Shown here one piece after another: positions 12,690 to 22,914 of a stretch of DNA of 64,000 bases (position 1 is the first letter of the stretch; each line of letters begins with the position of its first letter). The DNA comes from Prorocentrum cordatum (lineage: Eukaryota), in the NCBI GenBank assembly GCA_963575745.1, contig CAUYUJ010000281.1:372001-436000 (forward strand), written 5' to 3'. The notes below the pieces were generated by a model. That model was not told the DNA's origin. It made no database searches and saw nothing but the letters and a program-made list of their open reading frames with translations. The position numbers and the translations under genes are program-made.

Positions 12690-13552
12690 GCTCCGGTCCG
12701 GAGTCTCAGTGTTGGGATTGAGGTGAGCGCTGCGGCAACCGTCGCCGTGTTTGCAGGTTTGCTTCGGGTCTGCGTTGAAGGTGCATGCTGGTAGGTGGGG
12801 GTACGTGCAACGATCTCTCCTGGGACAGGATCCAGTCTTGGCGAAAACGAAGCAGAAATTCTGCCGAGGTTTGTCTTTCGTCGTTGGTCCGGTAGAGCGA
12901 CCAATAGAGGATCGCCTGTCGTCGTAGTCACTGGTAGATGACCGTGGAGTTGGTCGAGTAGTCGGGCGACTGCTGGAGCCTGTGTGGAGCATCTGGCACC
13001 TTTCCCAATTCTTGCCCCTCCCAGATTTGAGCGCTGCACATATCACAGAATCGTGTCTGCTCGGTTGGTTATTGAGGTTGTGCTGGTTGCGCTCAAGTCG
13101 GTGGAGTTCGAGGTTGCCCAGAACTCGTTGACGAAGCCAGCCGTACGTTCGTTTCGGGTCGTTGGGAGTCATTTTGTTGTAGTGGGTCGTTCTTTTCGGG
13201 TCGTTGACTCCAGTGTTCTCGTGTCGGGTGGTTTGCGGCATTCCAATCGTAGATTGTCCCAGTCCACTTGTAGGTCGTCGTCCCGCATGCGTAGTAGTTG
13301 CAGACGCTCGAAGTCGTGCAGGGTGTCGTCGACTGCAGTGACTTTGGAGGACTGTAGTATCGCCCAATAGATTTGTCTGCCCTTGAGCATGCGAAAGGCT
13401 TTGCGCTCCTGAGCCGTGAGGTTCTTGATGCGGTAGCGTAGCTCAGAATTCAGAACAACAGTGAGTCCGGCTGCGAGTTTGCAGTCGATACTCTCGAAGT
13501 CGCCGCTGTCCTGAAGGTCCTCGTAGGTCGTTGCGGGTTGTTCTGCGACCAC
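12690..13552 (-). pseudogene. Retrotransposon Gag-like relic with two CCCH zinc fingers
   Basis: DCKLAAGL...MLKGRQIYWAI...DDLQVDWDNL helical region, then frameshifted CFVFAKTGSCPRRDRCTYPH (C-x8-C-x5-C-x3-H) and CTFNADPKQTCKHGDGCRSAH; Gag assignment is from remembered resemblance only. Confidence 0.55.
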
Positions 13553-13559
13553 AAATTGT

Positions 13560-13875
13560 CGTCGCCGTCCGTCTCCGGTCGCTGAAACGGACCTTGGGCT
13601 TGGGGCGGAAAAACTCTACCTTGTTGCCACATCCTGCACACTTGAGATGACGCCTCTGCAGGATCTTATTCCACTCGCATGTGTTGCACTCGCTGCAACG
13701 GCTCCACATAGCCGCCATCGCTGAAACTGCCTCTGTGTTGGTCGATGGCCTTTCAAATCCGATTGTGTGAAAGACCAGAGTCCCTCAAGCGCTGCGTGGA
13801 AGCCCAGAGGCGAGCTCTGGAGGTGGGAGGGCGCCCGCTGGGGCACCACCACCGCTCGAGCCCAACTTGCTCGAG
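13560..13875 (-). pseudogene. 5' fragment of a retroelement ORF1 (N-terminal CxxC...CxxC) headed by degenerate SL-like sequence
   Basis: MAAMWSRCSECNTC...KCAGCG at 13718; SL-like CTCGAGCAAGTTGGGCTCGAG at 13875-13855 (14/21 to DinoSL). Confidence 0.4.
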
Positions 13876-14589
13876 ATGGGGAGGGGGGGCAGGGGAGAGG
13901 GAAGAGGGAGGGAGGGAGGGGGGGGAAAAGGGGAGAAGGGAGGGGAGGGGAGGGAGGGGGGAGGAGGAGAGGGGGAGGGACAGGAGGGGAGGAGGGAGCA
14001 AGGAGGAGGGAGGGGGGGGGGGAAGGGACGGGGACAGGAGGAGAGGGTTGGAGGGGGGGTCGCGCGGGCGCTTTGTCCGCGCCAGCGGCACGCGCGTGGA
14101 TTCGGTGTGCGCCAGGCGTGCTCCCTGGGCAGGAGCGGCGCGCGGCGGCCGCCTCCCAGGAAGGGGGGGGAGGACACGGGGGGAGGAGGGCCCAGAGCAA
14201 ACCCAAGGGGGCGCGGGGGGAAGGGGAGAGAGAGGGGAGGAGGACCAGAGCAGACCCAGAAGGCGGAGGGAGCGGGGGCGGGCGGGAGAGGGGGAGGGAC
14301 CAGAGGGCACTCGAGGAACACCAGCGCTGCCGCAACGCACCCCCCCCGTCCCAGCTCCCCCTCGTCGTGTGCCCCCGCGAGCAGTCCATTTTCCCTGCGG
14401 GCGTTCGAGAGGCGAGCGCCTTCTGCAACTCATGCGAGAACCCCGCGCTGCCCGTTTTGTTACAGAAAAAAAAGCTCTGCCCTGCACCCCGTCAGACATA
14501 AGACATGCATGGAAGCAAGATCATACATTCAAGCGAGCGCCCAGCGAGAACCCCAATCCCGTGTTGACGGTTCGCCGGCGAGGTGCCGT

Positions 14590-14780
14590 GTGGATGCGCG
14601 TGGCCCTCCACTCCGCTGGACCTCCCAAGAGCCCACGTCAGTGGCGACGGTTGCGCAATTCGCAGCCACCCAGGGAGCAGCGAGGTCCCGTCTGGATGCG
14701 CGTGGCCCTCCACTACGCTGGACCTCCCAGGAGCCCACGAAAGTGGCGACTGTTGCGCAGTTCGCAGCCTCCCTGGGGGG
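14590..14780. repeat. ~103-bp tandem duplication
   Basis: tggatgcgcgtggccctccact(c/a)cgctggacctccca...ttgcgca-ttcgcagcc occurs twice. Confidence 0.85.
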
Positions 14781-15320
14781 CCGCCTCCGTCCAGGCAGGA
14801 GGAGAAGAGAGGAGGAGGCAGGAGGCAGGAGGAAAAAGGAAGGAGGAAGGAGGAAGAGGGGGTGGGGAAGAAGCGCGGGCAATACCCTGTGCAAAACGGG
14901 ACCCCAGGACAGGAGGTCTGGGACGAATCGAGAGCGCGCCTGGCAATACCCCCAGCCCCGATGTCAGAAGAACCTGCCCTTCAGAGGTGTAGCTGCTGAA
15001 CGCGCGTCCCCGTACTGCCAGAACTTGACGTGAGCTTGCATCTTCGGCGGGCTGCTCGCACCGCCGCGTCCGATCGCACCGCCTTGCCATGATGCTGTGC
15101 TGCACCGTGGCCTCCCCATCGCGCCGATGTCTGCGTCGAACTCATGGCGAACTCGTCGAGCCCGCGTCGACTACGTGTCGGATCCGCGCCGAAGCCCACT
15201 GCAGCCCACGTCGAATGCGCAGCGAGCCCACGGCGGATACCAGACATGGCCGCCTTTGCCAGGACGGGCAGGGCCCCCCCGCATACGCACTCTGAGATGG
15301 GCCCAAAGGCATCCAGCACA

Positions 15321-15497
15321 CAGTCCGGGCCTTGAAGAAGGAACCCTTTTCGTTGGGGAGGGGCTCCGCGTTCCTTACGTGTTTCACAATTTGCCTTGGG
15401 TTTTCCTTATGTTTTCGATCGGAAATCGAAGTTTAACTTATGGGAGAAAAGGGGCCTCGTTCCTTATTTAGGGTTCCTTAGGTCAACGCCCCGACTG
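15321..15497 (-). mobile_element. MITE family A copy (reverse orientation)
   Basis: Reverse complement of the 4937-5113 unit; ends cagtccgggc...gccccgactg|ta. Confidence 0.85.
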
Positions 15498-16647
15498 TAC
15501 CACAGAGGTTTCAACCCGATACGCATCAGGAGGACCCCCAAGAGAGCATCCCTGACCTGCGCATGGTTCCGAGTGGCCTTCGCCTTCTCGCCCCTGTTCA
15601 TGCTTCGGGCGGGCCCCGAGACTGGCCAGGGGCGGCCCAACAAGCAGGAGACGGCCCCGGGGGGCCCTCGAGACGACCAAGAGGGCCCCGAAGCGGGGGT
15701 GGCCCAAGAGTGGCCCAAGAGAGGCCCGAGAGGCGGAACTCGCAGAAGGCCCCCAGGAAGCCCCCCGAGGGCCCTCCGCGGAGGCATGGAGAGGCTCCAA
15801 GGTGCCGCCCCCATGGGCGAACAGGAGGCCCTGAAGGAGCCGCGCAACAAACGCAGAGGAAGATTGCACGGATCAACAAGACTTGCGAACAGGCAACACT
15901 ACGGGATGCGGCACAGAGAACATACGAAGCCAGAAGCCGCACAGATCCTCTTCCTGGGGTCGGCGGAAAGGCGTAATCCTCTTGAGTCATGTCGAAGGGG
16001 GTCGCAAGCGAGAAGCGAACACGCGCGGCTCTGAGTCGAGAGCCGTGTTTCAAGCACGGCTCGCCCCACATCGTTGACGCGGCTTTGAGCTCATCAGACC
16101 ACTGCTCGCGGCGCCACGGCCCGAGGTCATTCTGAAAGCGACCCGCCCTCCGCCCTCCAAGCTGTTGGAGCTGCCCTACCTCGGGATCAAAGCCAGTCGA
16201 GAAACACGAGGCGGAATGCCTGGCACGCCCAACCAGACCGTCGTGTAGGGCGACGGTGATGAGTTGAATCGTTGATGACAGGGAAGAGGAATGAAGGAGG
16301 AAGAGGGGGAATCATCAGGGGGAAGCGCAGGGGGGGAAGGAGGGCGGGAAGGAGGATAGGGAGGATGAAGATTTAGAGAGTCGGATGAACGGTCTGGAGC
16401 AGAAGGGATGATAACAGAGCAGCGAGGGAAGAAAGAGCGGGATGAGGGATGAGCAACAAGGAAACAAGAAGGAGCAACACACGCGCTGGTTGAATTGCGC
16501 TCAAGGGAGCGCCTTCAGCGCCCCCGGAGCATGGCGGCGTTATCCGGCTGGCACTCTGGGAGTGGAGGTCAGGACGAGGAAACGCACCCCTCCCTCCTCC
16601 GCTCTCCTGCCGAGTACTGCACGCGGCGATCGAGGATGGATGCAGGT

Positions 16648-16808
16648 AGAGGGGAACTGGAACACACAGATAAATACACACAAATAAAAATATCCCCCAT
16701 ATTTTCCCATATTTTCTGGGTTTTGGTCTTCCCCACCACTTCCCATATTTTTGCATATTTTCCTGGGAGTCGACGATTAATTGTGTCTGTGTGTTTCTTT
16801 CCCTCCTG
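16648..16808. mobile_element. AT-rich TIR element (putative MITE)
   Basis: gaggggaactggaacacacaga pairs with tctgtgtgtttctttccctc; internal cccatatttt repeats; no clean TSD. Confidence 0.5.
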
Positions 16809-16913
16809 AGCAGTGGGCGTAGCCTCCAAGGCCTCTGAGGGACTCTGGAGACGTCCAGGGTCAGGACCTGGCGCCGTTCTGAAAACTGCCATCCGTCGCT
16901 CCTGTACCCAATC

Positions 16914-17160
16914 CTTTGTGGGCCCCGGAAACGGCAGGGCCGTGTTTTCACCGTTTCCCAAAAAAGTGCCCCTTGAACATGGAAACGGCAAAAAAACGGC
17001 GACCGGAAACGGCAAAAAACGGCTCCAGGATTGGAACCGGAGCCGGAACCGGTCAAACAACGGCAACGGAACCGGTAAAAAAACGGCGTCGGAACCGGCG
17101 AAAAAACGGCAGAACGGAACCGGTTAAAAAACGGCCCTGTCGTTTCCAGGGCCCACTAAG
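16914..17160. mobile_element. MITE family C (CTTAGTGGGCCC TIR) with 14-bp flanking direct repeat
   Basis: ~33-bp TIR; tcctgtacccaatc at 16900-16913 and 17161-17174; internal aaacggc/ggaacc repeats. Confidence 0.85.
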
Positions 17161-17851
17161 TCCTGTACCCAATCCACCTCACTCCAACACCTCCCGCTCC
17201 TCCTGCTGGCCCTCCTCATTGCCCTCCTCCTCCGCCTCCGCCGGAGCAGGCCGAGGGCCACCGACACACCCCAGGCCTCCCGCGCACGCCCACGGCGATC
17301 TCTGGGGCTCTCGCCCCCCGTCATCCGCACCTGCGCGGATCTTGCCCCGTGGGCTCTTTTCCGCCGGTCCCAATTCCGTTGGCTTGTTTTTTGTTTCATA
17401 TGCATAGAAGGATGGAAACGACAAAAACACTCATACGTTCAAGAAGAGAAAGGAGACCCTGCAGAAGTGGAGGAGAGCCCAGAATCGAATCGACTCGTCG
17501 GATCGGCGATCGGATCGGTGGAAATCGGCAGCCAAGTCGAGAGAAGTCGCGAATCGGCAGAAATCGGCAGGCTGGTCGGCCTCCACTGAGGAATCGGCGT
17601 CCGAATCGGAATCCAAAGCCGAACCGAGTCGGCATCGGAGGCCATCGAAATCGAGTCGAACCGAAAACCAGCCCTGTCCGTGCACGCGCTGCCTGGGGGA
17701 CACTGCGAGCCTGGCCGCTCCGCTGGCCGGGCAGGGGAGCGGGGCCCGCCCAAGAAGCCTCAGGACGACGGCACTGCGCGGTCCAGGGCGCGCGCCCCGC
17801 GTGGCAAGCCGGCAATTCGGCCTCGGCCCTCTGGGGAAGCCTCGGCCTCGC

Positions 17852-18026
17852 GTTAGGTCGGGCGTGTCCCCGTACAGGCGGATTGGGACGGAGCATAAAA
17901 CAAAAGTTCTACGATGTTCAAGCATAGTTCAAACAACGACCCGAAACATCGCCCCGAGACTACGTGTATGTTTTTTTTTTTCCATCTTGAAATGCTCCTC
18001 CGGTAGAGGGGCATGTCCGACTTGAG
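17852..18026. mobile_element. MITE family B free-standing copy
   Basis: ttaggtcgggcgtgtccccgtacaggcgga...tcctccggtagaggggcatgtccgacttgag; same TIR as the elements in the M43 genes. Confidence 0.8.
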
Positions 18027-18211
18027 ACAAGGGGGCGGGGAAGGACCAAGACGACGACGCGAGGCGAGGCGAGGCGCACAGAGGCGCCCCTCTGCGAGAA
18101 AGAACATTTGGGGCAGCGCCTCGGCGCTGCGCGGGGCGGCCGTGGCCGCAAGGCTCAGGTGTGGAACACGTCGGCGACGCCGCACGTGCTTGCGCGCTCC
18201 GGGGGAGAAGA

Positions 18212-19330
18212 GTCGGGTCGGGCGCGTCCTCCGACAGTCGAGGCGTTGGCCTAAGGAACCCTGAATATGGAACGAGGGGCCCCTTTTTCCCCTAAGTTCA
18301 ACCTCGATGTCCTATGGGATCCTATGGGAAACCTCAGGAACACCCGAGGCAAACTCTGAAACAACCAAGGAACACCGAGCCCCTCCCCAACGAAAAGGGT
18401 TCCTTCTTCAGGGCCCCGACTGTACAGGCGGAGTCTGGAAGACAAATGAGTACTTGTCAAACAATATCCAAACAGAGTCAAAAGAGCACGACGAATCGTT
18501 ACCAAACTATGCTTACATCATTCTTGTATCATCCTCCTGTACAGTCGAGGCGTTGACCTAAGGAACCCTGAATAAGGAGCGAGGCCCCTTTTTCCCATAA
18601 GTGCAACCGCGATGTCCTAAGGGATCCTATGGAGAACCTCAGGAAAACCCGAGGCAAACTCTCAACCAATCAAGGAACACCGAGCCCCTCCCAACGAAAA
18701 GGGTTCCTTCTTCAGGGCCCCGACTGTACAGGCGGAGACTGGAAGACAAATGAGTACTTGTCAAACAATATTCAAGCATAGTCAAAAGAGCACGACGGAT
18801 CGTCACCGAACTATGCTTGCATCATTCTTGTATCATCCTCCTGTAAGGGGCGTGTCGGCATGTCCTTAGTGGGCCCTGGGAACGGCAAGGTCACCGTTTC
18901 CGTAGAGATGTCTCTTGAATCTGGAAGCGGTACGAAAAAGGCAACGGCAAACAAAAACAGCTCCGGAATCAGGCTTGGAACCAGAACCTAAGAAACAAAC
19001 ACGGCGACGGAAGCGGCAAGCGAATGGCCAAACGGCACCCGCAACAAAAAAACGGCATAACGGAACCAATATTAAAACAACGGCCCTGTCGTTTCCATCC
19101 GGGGCCCACGAAGGTCGGGCCGGCCGAAAGGGGGGGATAGCCCAGGAGGGGGATGAGAATCAGCTCACGTAGCTGACTTTCTCGGCGCCTCCCGGCGCCG
19201 GAGGCGGCCATGTATCGAGGAATGGGCCCCTCGGCGGGGCCGAAACCAGCTGCATGCAGCAGATTTCGCAACACCCCCCTTCCCAATCCCCGCCATGTCG
19301 TCCGGCCCGAGAAGGACATGCCCGACTGAA
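18212..19330. mobile_element. Nested MITE stack: family B host containing A (18235-18422), A (18542-18726), C (18865-19113) and a TCGGG element (19115-19310)
   Basis: B termini gtcgggcgcgtcctcc / gacatgcccgact; A copy 18542-18726 flanked by TA/TA; gaagg TSD at 19110-19114 and 19311-19315. Confidence 0.75.
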
Positions 19331-19666
19331 AACTTTCACGGGCGAAGAACGGTGTGACATAGACTTCCTCGCTGCCGGGGGCGCCTGTCCCAGGGCGGCT
19401 GGACAGCTTATACCCCTACGAAGGCACCGTAGGGGCACAAACTTTCCAGCCGCCCAGGGGCAGGCGCCCCCCCGTTAATTCCATCTTCTGCCGTTCTTCG
19501 CCCGACTGAAAACTGGCGGCGGGGGCTGCGGCCAGCCACCGACGCGCGCTGGCGGCGGGGAGAGCGGCGAGGCCGCCGGCGCGCGTCGGGGGGGGGGCCG
19601 CGCCTTGCCGCTCTCACTCCGCCGCGGCGGCGGGGCAGCGCTCGGCCTCCGCACGACGGCGCCCCG

Positions 19667-19700
<34 letters not shown>

Positions 19701-20149
19701 CGGACGCCGAGGGCCACGGCGGCGGCGGCGGCGGTCCAGGAGGGCCCCCAGAGGCCCAAATTGATTGTCCTTGGGCTTTTGAAGGATTTGGGGGTGTGCT
19801 TCTTCTCGGCACTCCGACGGCGCAGGCCGGCCCAGGAGGCCCCCGAGATCGACGCTGACGGCCACGGCCTCGACGGCGACGGCGGCGGCGGCGACGACGC
19901 GTCGGCCTCCCAGGCTGCCCCTGCCGGGGCGGCGCCGGAGGCGGCGGAGGCGGCGGCGAGGGGCGCTGCCCAGGCGCGCCTGGGGCGCGCGGGCGGCCGC
20001 GCCGACGACGACGGCGGCGGCGGCTCGCTGGCGCGCCAGCTGCCTGTGCTTCGACGAGGAGGGCCATAGGAGGGCAGGGAGGCGCCGCGAGCTGCTCCCG
20101 TGGGTCCTGCTCGGTTCCCGAAGTGTTTTGGGGGCGAGAAAAAATGTTT

Positions 20150-20680
20150 AGAGCTGTTCCGTGCTGTTGCGCCTCTTCGGGGGTCCTCGTCGCGACGGCT
20201 CGATTCGCCTCGAAGTTCCTATCGGAGGGAACTCCTGGAAAGCTCTGGAGGTAGACTGTGGCTCAGATCCCAAGGCTCCAAGCTTTGCGAGACAACCGAC
20301 GCCGTCGGCTTACTTGGGCTTGGGGCGATCATCGGGCCCCTGGGCCATGAAACAGGCAGCGCAGATAGAGAAACTGGCACCAGGGCCCATGGGCTGAGGC
20401 CTCGAGCCACATGGGCTCATGCCGTGCAGCAGCGCCAAGACGTCGAAGGTGCGGGTCCTGGTCCCTCCGTCGCTCTGCTTCTGCTGCCGCAGCTGCCCCG
20501 GCTGCTGCTGCTCCACGTTCCTCTCGACGCGCCACCGGGCCCCGTGGAGGAGGCCCCTGGGATCCCCCAGGGGGCTACGGAGGTCTCGGCGGCCTCAGAA
20601 GGCCCCAGGGGGCAGCGGGGAGGTCTAGTGAAAACGCCCCGGGAGGCCACATAACGTCTTCGCATGACAAGCTACACCCG
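20150..20680 (+). repeat. Dispersed ~520-bp repeat (family D), second copy at 38620-39150
   Basis: Colinear similarity (cttcgggggtcct-gtcgcgacggctcgattcg ... cgccaagacgtcgaaggtg ... gtggaggaggcccc-gggatcc); both copies followed by (GAG)n. Confidence 0.85.
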
Positions 20681-20684
20681 GCAG

Positions 20685-21011
20685 GAGGGAGGAGGGAGGA
20701 GGAAGGAGGGAGGAGGAGGGAGGAGGAGGAAGGAGGAAGAGGAGGAGGAGGAGGAGGAGGAGGAGGAGAAGGAGAAGAAAGGAGGAGGAGGAGGAGGACG
20801 AGGAGGAGGAGGAGAAGGAGGAGGAGGAGGAAGAGGAGAGGAGGAGGAGGAGGAGGAAGAGGAGGAGGAGGAGGAGGAAGGAGGAGGAGGAGAGGAAGAG
20901 GAGGAGGAGGAGGAGGAAGGAGGAGGAGGAGGAGGAGAGGAGGAGGAGAGGAAGACAGGGGGAGGAGGACAGGGGGAGGAGGACAGGGGGAGGAGGACGA
21001 CGAGGAGGAAG
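20685..21011. repeat. (GAG)n microsatellite
   Basis: Directly visible. Confidence 0.95.
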
Positions 21012-21290
21012 TGGTGGTGGTGGTGGTGGTGGTGGCTGGCCACGCAGGCAAGTTAGAAGATGCCCTCGCCGGAGGCCTCCGAGACATTGTCGGGGCCCCC
21101 ACCGCCACCCCGACTGGCCGAGTTCCTCGACTCGGTCCAAGTCGGCGGCACGCAGCCCAAAGGCCGACGGGGCAGACGCCCGCGTCGGCAGCAAGAAATA
21201 CCATCCCGCGGCAGCCCCACCCATGGCGGGGCCCGGGCCTGCGGAGGGCAGCAGCAGCGAGCTCTTGATCTCGAGCTCCGCCCTCTCCTC

Positions 21291-21456
21291 TAGAGGAAAG
21301 AGAACTATGCACATACACTGATTCTGGCCAGGCCCATCCTGAGCCCAGGATCGGTGCATACGCCCTCTACCTTGGCCAGGAAGGTATATGCACCGATCCT
21401 GGGTCAAGGAGGGGCCTTGCCAGGATCGGTGCATGTGCATAGTTCTCTTCGCCCGA
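21291..21456. mobile_element. Fold-back MITE with 5-bp TSD inside the L1 tail
   Basis: aagagaactatgcacat / atgtgcatagttctctt long arms; tcctc at 21286-21290 and 21457-21461. Confidence 0.85.
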
Positions 21457-22736
21457 TCCTCAGCACCCAGAGACACTGGCTGGCTGAGCACGAGGGCCTG
21501 TGAAGCGCGCCGATCGTGGGGGTGCTTCCCCCCGCTTGATGCGCCTCAGATAAGACCTGACCTTCGGGCCCGCTGGCCTCCGCTCACACCGCGACAGCAG
21601 CAGACCGCCAGGCTTCCCCGAGGTGTAGCCTCCACACCTGGAACAAACAACCTTGCCCGAATCCGTGGACGGCCCCTCGAAGTGGCACTTGAGCAGGCCA
21701 TGCCAGCGGAAGTTAAAGGCATTCAGGGCGTCGTCGGCCCACAGGTCACCGTCTCCGTCCAGCCCGCCCACCTCCACGACGACATCCGACGACGGCCCCC
21801 CCCTCCATCACTGTCAGGGGGGGGGGCGGCAGCTCCGAGGGAGCGTGCTCCTCGGCGGCAACGCCTACCGCATCGCCCCTGCCGCCCTGCTGGGCTAGCC
21901 AGACCTCGAGCCTGCCCGCCCACCTCCCCTGCTCTTGACAAAAGGGCCTTGGACCCTCTGATCAAGCAGGCGTGCTCTTCCGCGACACCACGCACTGCGG
22001 CCCCTGCTTCGGCACGGCGGCCCGCGGACTGGTGGGCACGAAGTTCCCACCAGGTCGTCTTGCCAGACTCCACGTCGGCACTGCCCGCGTGGGCCAGCGT
22101 TTTGAAAGCTCCAAAATCTTCACTGGAAAACGCAGCCCCAAATGGCACACGCGTCCCAAAATCCTCCCCCATCCCCCTTCTCCTCCTCCTCCTCCTCCTC
22201 CTGCTCCTCCTCCTCCTCCTCCTCCTCCTCCTCCTCCTCTTGGGGCCCACGCCTCGGTCCCCGTGTCTAGGCCCCCGCAGAGAGCATGGAGCGTCGACTG
22301 ACATTCAAGATAAACAATTGGAACGGCCCCCTCCCAACATGCGACAGCATGTGGATCGCGAGCTCTTCTCCGTAATTGGCAGTCTGGCGGGGGCCGAACG
22401 ACGAGGGCACGGGGCCATGCGCTGCGTGCAACACATTGCCGAGCCTGTCAACATGCGCCAGCGCCCAGCCCGCCCGACTGACTTTTGCGATCGACGGCCA
22501 CATGGCCGAACCGTCGCGGAAGATGCATCCCGTCAGGAGACCACGCGCAGGCCTGTTCACCCACTTGACAGCTTCATCGGACAATCGCGGAGCGTAAACA
22601 CCAGGGGGCGAGGGAGAACACACCTAGCGAACCGCCCCCCCGCCTCGACCCCTTGCTCGAGGGCTCTGGCCGCGCGCTCCCTCAGCCACGGCGAGACTCC
22701 ATCCCTCCCGAGGCCTTCGTGCGCCAAGCGTTCATG

Positions 22737-22914
22737 CAGTCGGGGGCTTGACCTGAGGAGCCCAAAATAAGGAACGAGGCCCCTATTTTTTCCATGAGTC
22801 AAACTCAGATTTCCTATCGAAAACATAAGGAAAACCTGAGGCAAGCTGCGAAACAATCAAGGAACACCGAGCCCCTCCCCAACGAAAAGAGTTCCTTCTC
22901 CAGGGCCCCGACTG
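22737..22914 (+). mobile_element. MITE family A copy inside L1
   Basis: cagtcggggg...gccccgactg with family A interior. Confidence 0.85.

Noticed and set aside
21040..21780. Apparent host exons (ALVLSQPVSLGAE..., EVGGLDGDGDLW...)
   Set aside because: They lie inside the TSD-bounded L1 and continue its Cys-rich tail through a 1-nt frameshift.
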